From Waterburya sp. (GTDB lineage: Bacteria; Cyanobacteriota; Cyanobacteriia; Cyanobacteriales; Xenococcaceae): DNA of 64,000 nucleotides. The stretch is from positions 2,720,001 to 2,784,000 of the forward strand of contig CBDCJV010000002.1 of the NCBI GenBank assembly GCA_965217895.1. The letters run 5' to 3'. The notes under the pieces were generated by a model, which was not told the origin of the DNA, ran no database searches, and saw nothing but the letters and a program-made list of their open reading frames with translations. Positions 62,924 to 64,000 of this stretch are shown piece by piece; within the stretch, counting starts at the first letter, position 1, and the number at the start of each line of letters is the position of its first letter. Position numbers and translations under genes: made by a program.

Positions 62924-63958
62924 TTATAATGAAGCTGAAGATTCGGCGGAAATTGTATTCTTATCAAACAAATTAGTTTTCCAGTACGCTAAAGTACCGA
63001 TAACGAAGGACAATGCTGCATAAAAGTAATACAGCCAATGTAAAGGAATTACCTTAAGCGCAAACCAAAAACCGCGTTTTTGTTCAAAGAACAAGTATAC
63101 GTCCCAGTTAATCAATAAGAGCAACAAAATTAATCCCAGACTAGGGATGATTGCAGCAGCATAGAAAATACTAACTAAGAGACAAAGAAGCAAACTATAG
63201 GTAGCGACTGCACTAACACGACTGTCGGTTTGCAGGTTTAAATCATTAATCCGATTTGATTTGTTGCTGTGTAAGAGCATTGTCCAGGGAATACCTCGAT
63301 CGAATATGTCTGTTTTGATTAAGCCAAATAGCTTCCAGGCTTTGTGATGCTTTACCTGTAATTTCTTAGCCAAATAAATTTTTGCACCAGTTTGTTTTAA
63401 TCGATAACCTAAATCGATATCTTCAATGCTAGGACGGGAGTAACGCTTAATATCAAAGCCACCCAATTTTAAAAAGAGTTCGCGCTTCACAACACCAAAA
63501 CCAGCCCAAAATGTCGAGGCTTCTTCACTACTTTGCTGATGAACGTAATGGTGCATCAAATTTCTATATTGAGCTATAAAATTAGTTGCTGCGGGGGCAT
63601 CATCATAAGAGCCAAATAACGCATCTATTTGTGGTTGTGACCTAAGTTTTTGAGCTAAATCGGCGATCGCATCTTCACAGACTTCACAGTCGGCATCAAT
63701 AAAGCATAGATACTTTCCTTTAGCTACTTCTGCTCCTAAGTTTCTGGCTGCGCCAGGGCCTTCTCTGCCACTTGTTTGTAACACCTTCGCGTTGAATTTT
63801 TCAGCGATCGCCGCCGACTCATCCGTAGAGCCATCATCTACTACTATTAGTTCATAGTCAGTAAATTGCGTTTTAGACATAGCTAATAAGCAGCAAAAAA
63901 AAGGATAGCCACCATTATATACAGGGGTAATAATTGAGATCAAAGGAGATTTATTCAT
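62924..63958 (-). CDS. Glycosyltransferase family 2
   Basis: SIITPVYN, VVDDGSTD, ARNLG, FIDADC, GGFD, EDIDLGYRL; C-terminal TM helices. Confidence 0.93.
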   Translation of the reverse strand: MNKSPLISIITPVYNGGYPFFCCLLAMSKTQFTDYELIVVDDGSTDESAAIAEKFNAKVLQTSGREGPGAARNLGAEVAKGKYLCFIDADCEVCEDAIADLAQKLRSQPQIDALFGSYDDAPAATNFIAQYRNLMHHYVHQQSSEEASTFWAGFGVVKRELFLKLGGFDIKRYSRPSIEDIDLGYRLKQTGAKIYLAKKLQVKHHKAWKLFGLIKTDIFDRGIPWTMLLHSNKSNRINDLNLQTDSRVSAVATYSLLLCLLVSIFYAAAIIPSLGLILLLLLINWDVYLFFEQKRGFWFALKVIPLHWLYYFYAALSFVIGTLAYWKTNLFDKNTISAESSASL

Positions 63959-64000
63959 AGTGTTTAATTTAGGTTTTAAATAATTTAAGCTAATTTTTAA

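Noticed and set aside
1..64000. CRISPR array, cas genes, prophage, intact transposase or integrase
   Set aside because: No regularly spaced repeat-spacer array and no ORF with such motifs seen
1..64000. Very frequent GCGATCGC
   Set aside because: This is HIP1, a well-known cyanobacterial feature; only insertions into it are reported

Overview
64 kb of a cyanobacterial chromosome (very frequent HIP1 octamer GCGATCGC, psbD, ndhF1, fused thiO-thiG; AT-rich). It holds core genes (sufCDS, sodN, speD, accC, psbD, pheT, ndhF1, thiO/G, pstS) and three tRNAs (Ser-GCT, Thr-GGT, Glu-TTC). Highlights: (1) an apparently complete glycine-betaine to glycine demethylation cluster (BCCT transporter, Rieske oxygenase with no reductase gene, dimethylglycine oxidase/dehydrogenase, sarcosine oxidase, plus Gly/Ala symporter and threonine aldolase); (2) many tiny hairpin elements, several inserted into HIP1 sites and in frame inside genes (sufD, a VOC-GST fusion, lysE), including a nested trio with compensatory base changes and a filled/empty site pair; (3) two diverged copies of an unrecognised structured ~115-135 nt element; (4) an 8-bp-TSD MITE family and two TA-flanked MITE-like types; (5) a sufCDS operon lacking sufB/sufR but keeping both SufR operators; (6) a collapsed copBAC-like operon with its CopR box intact; (7) a D2 protein with unusual substitutions. 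All calls come from reading the sequence and recalled family motifs; no database searches were run.
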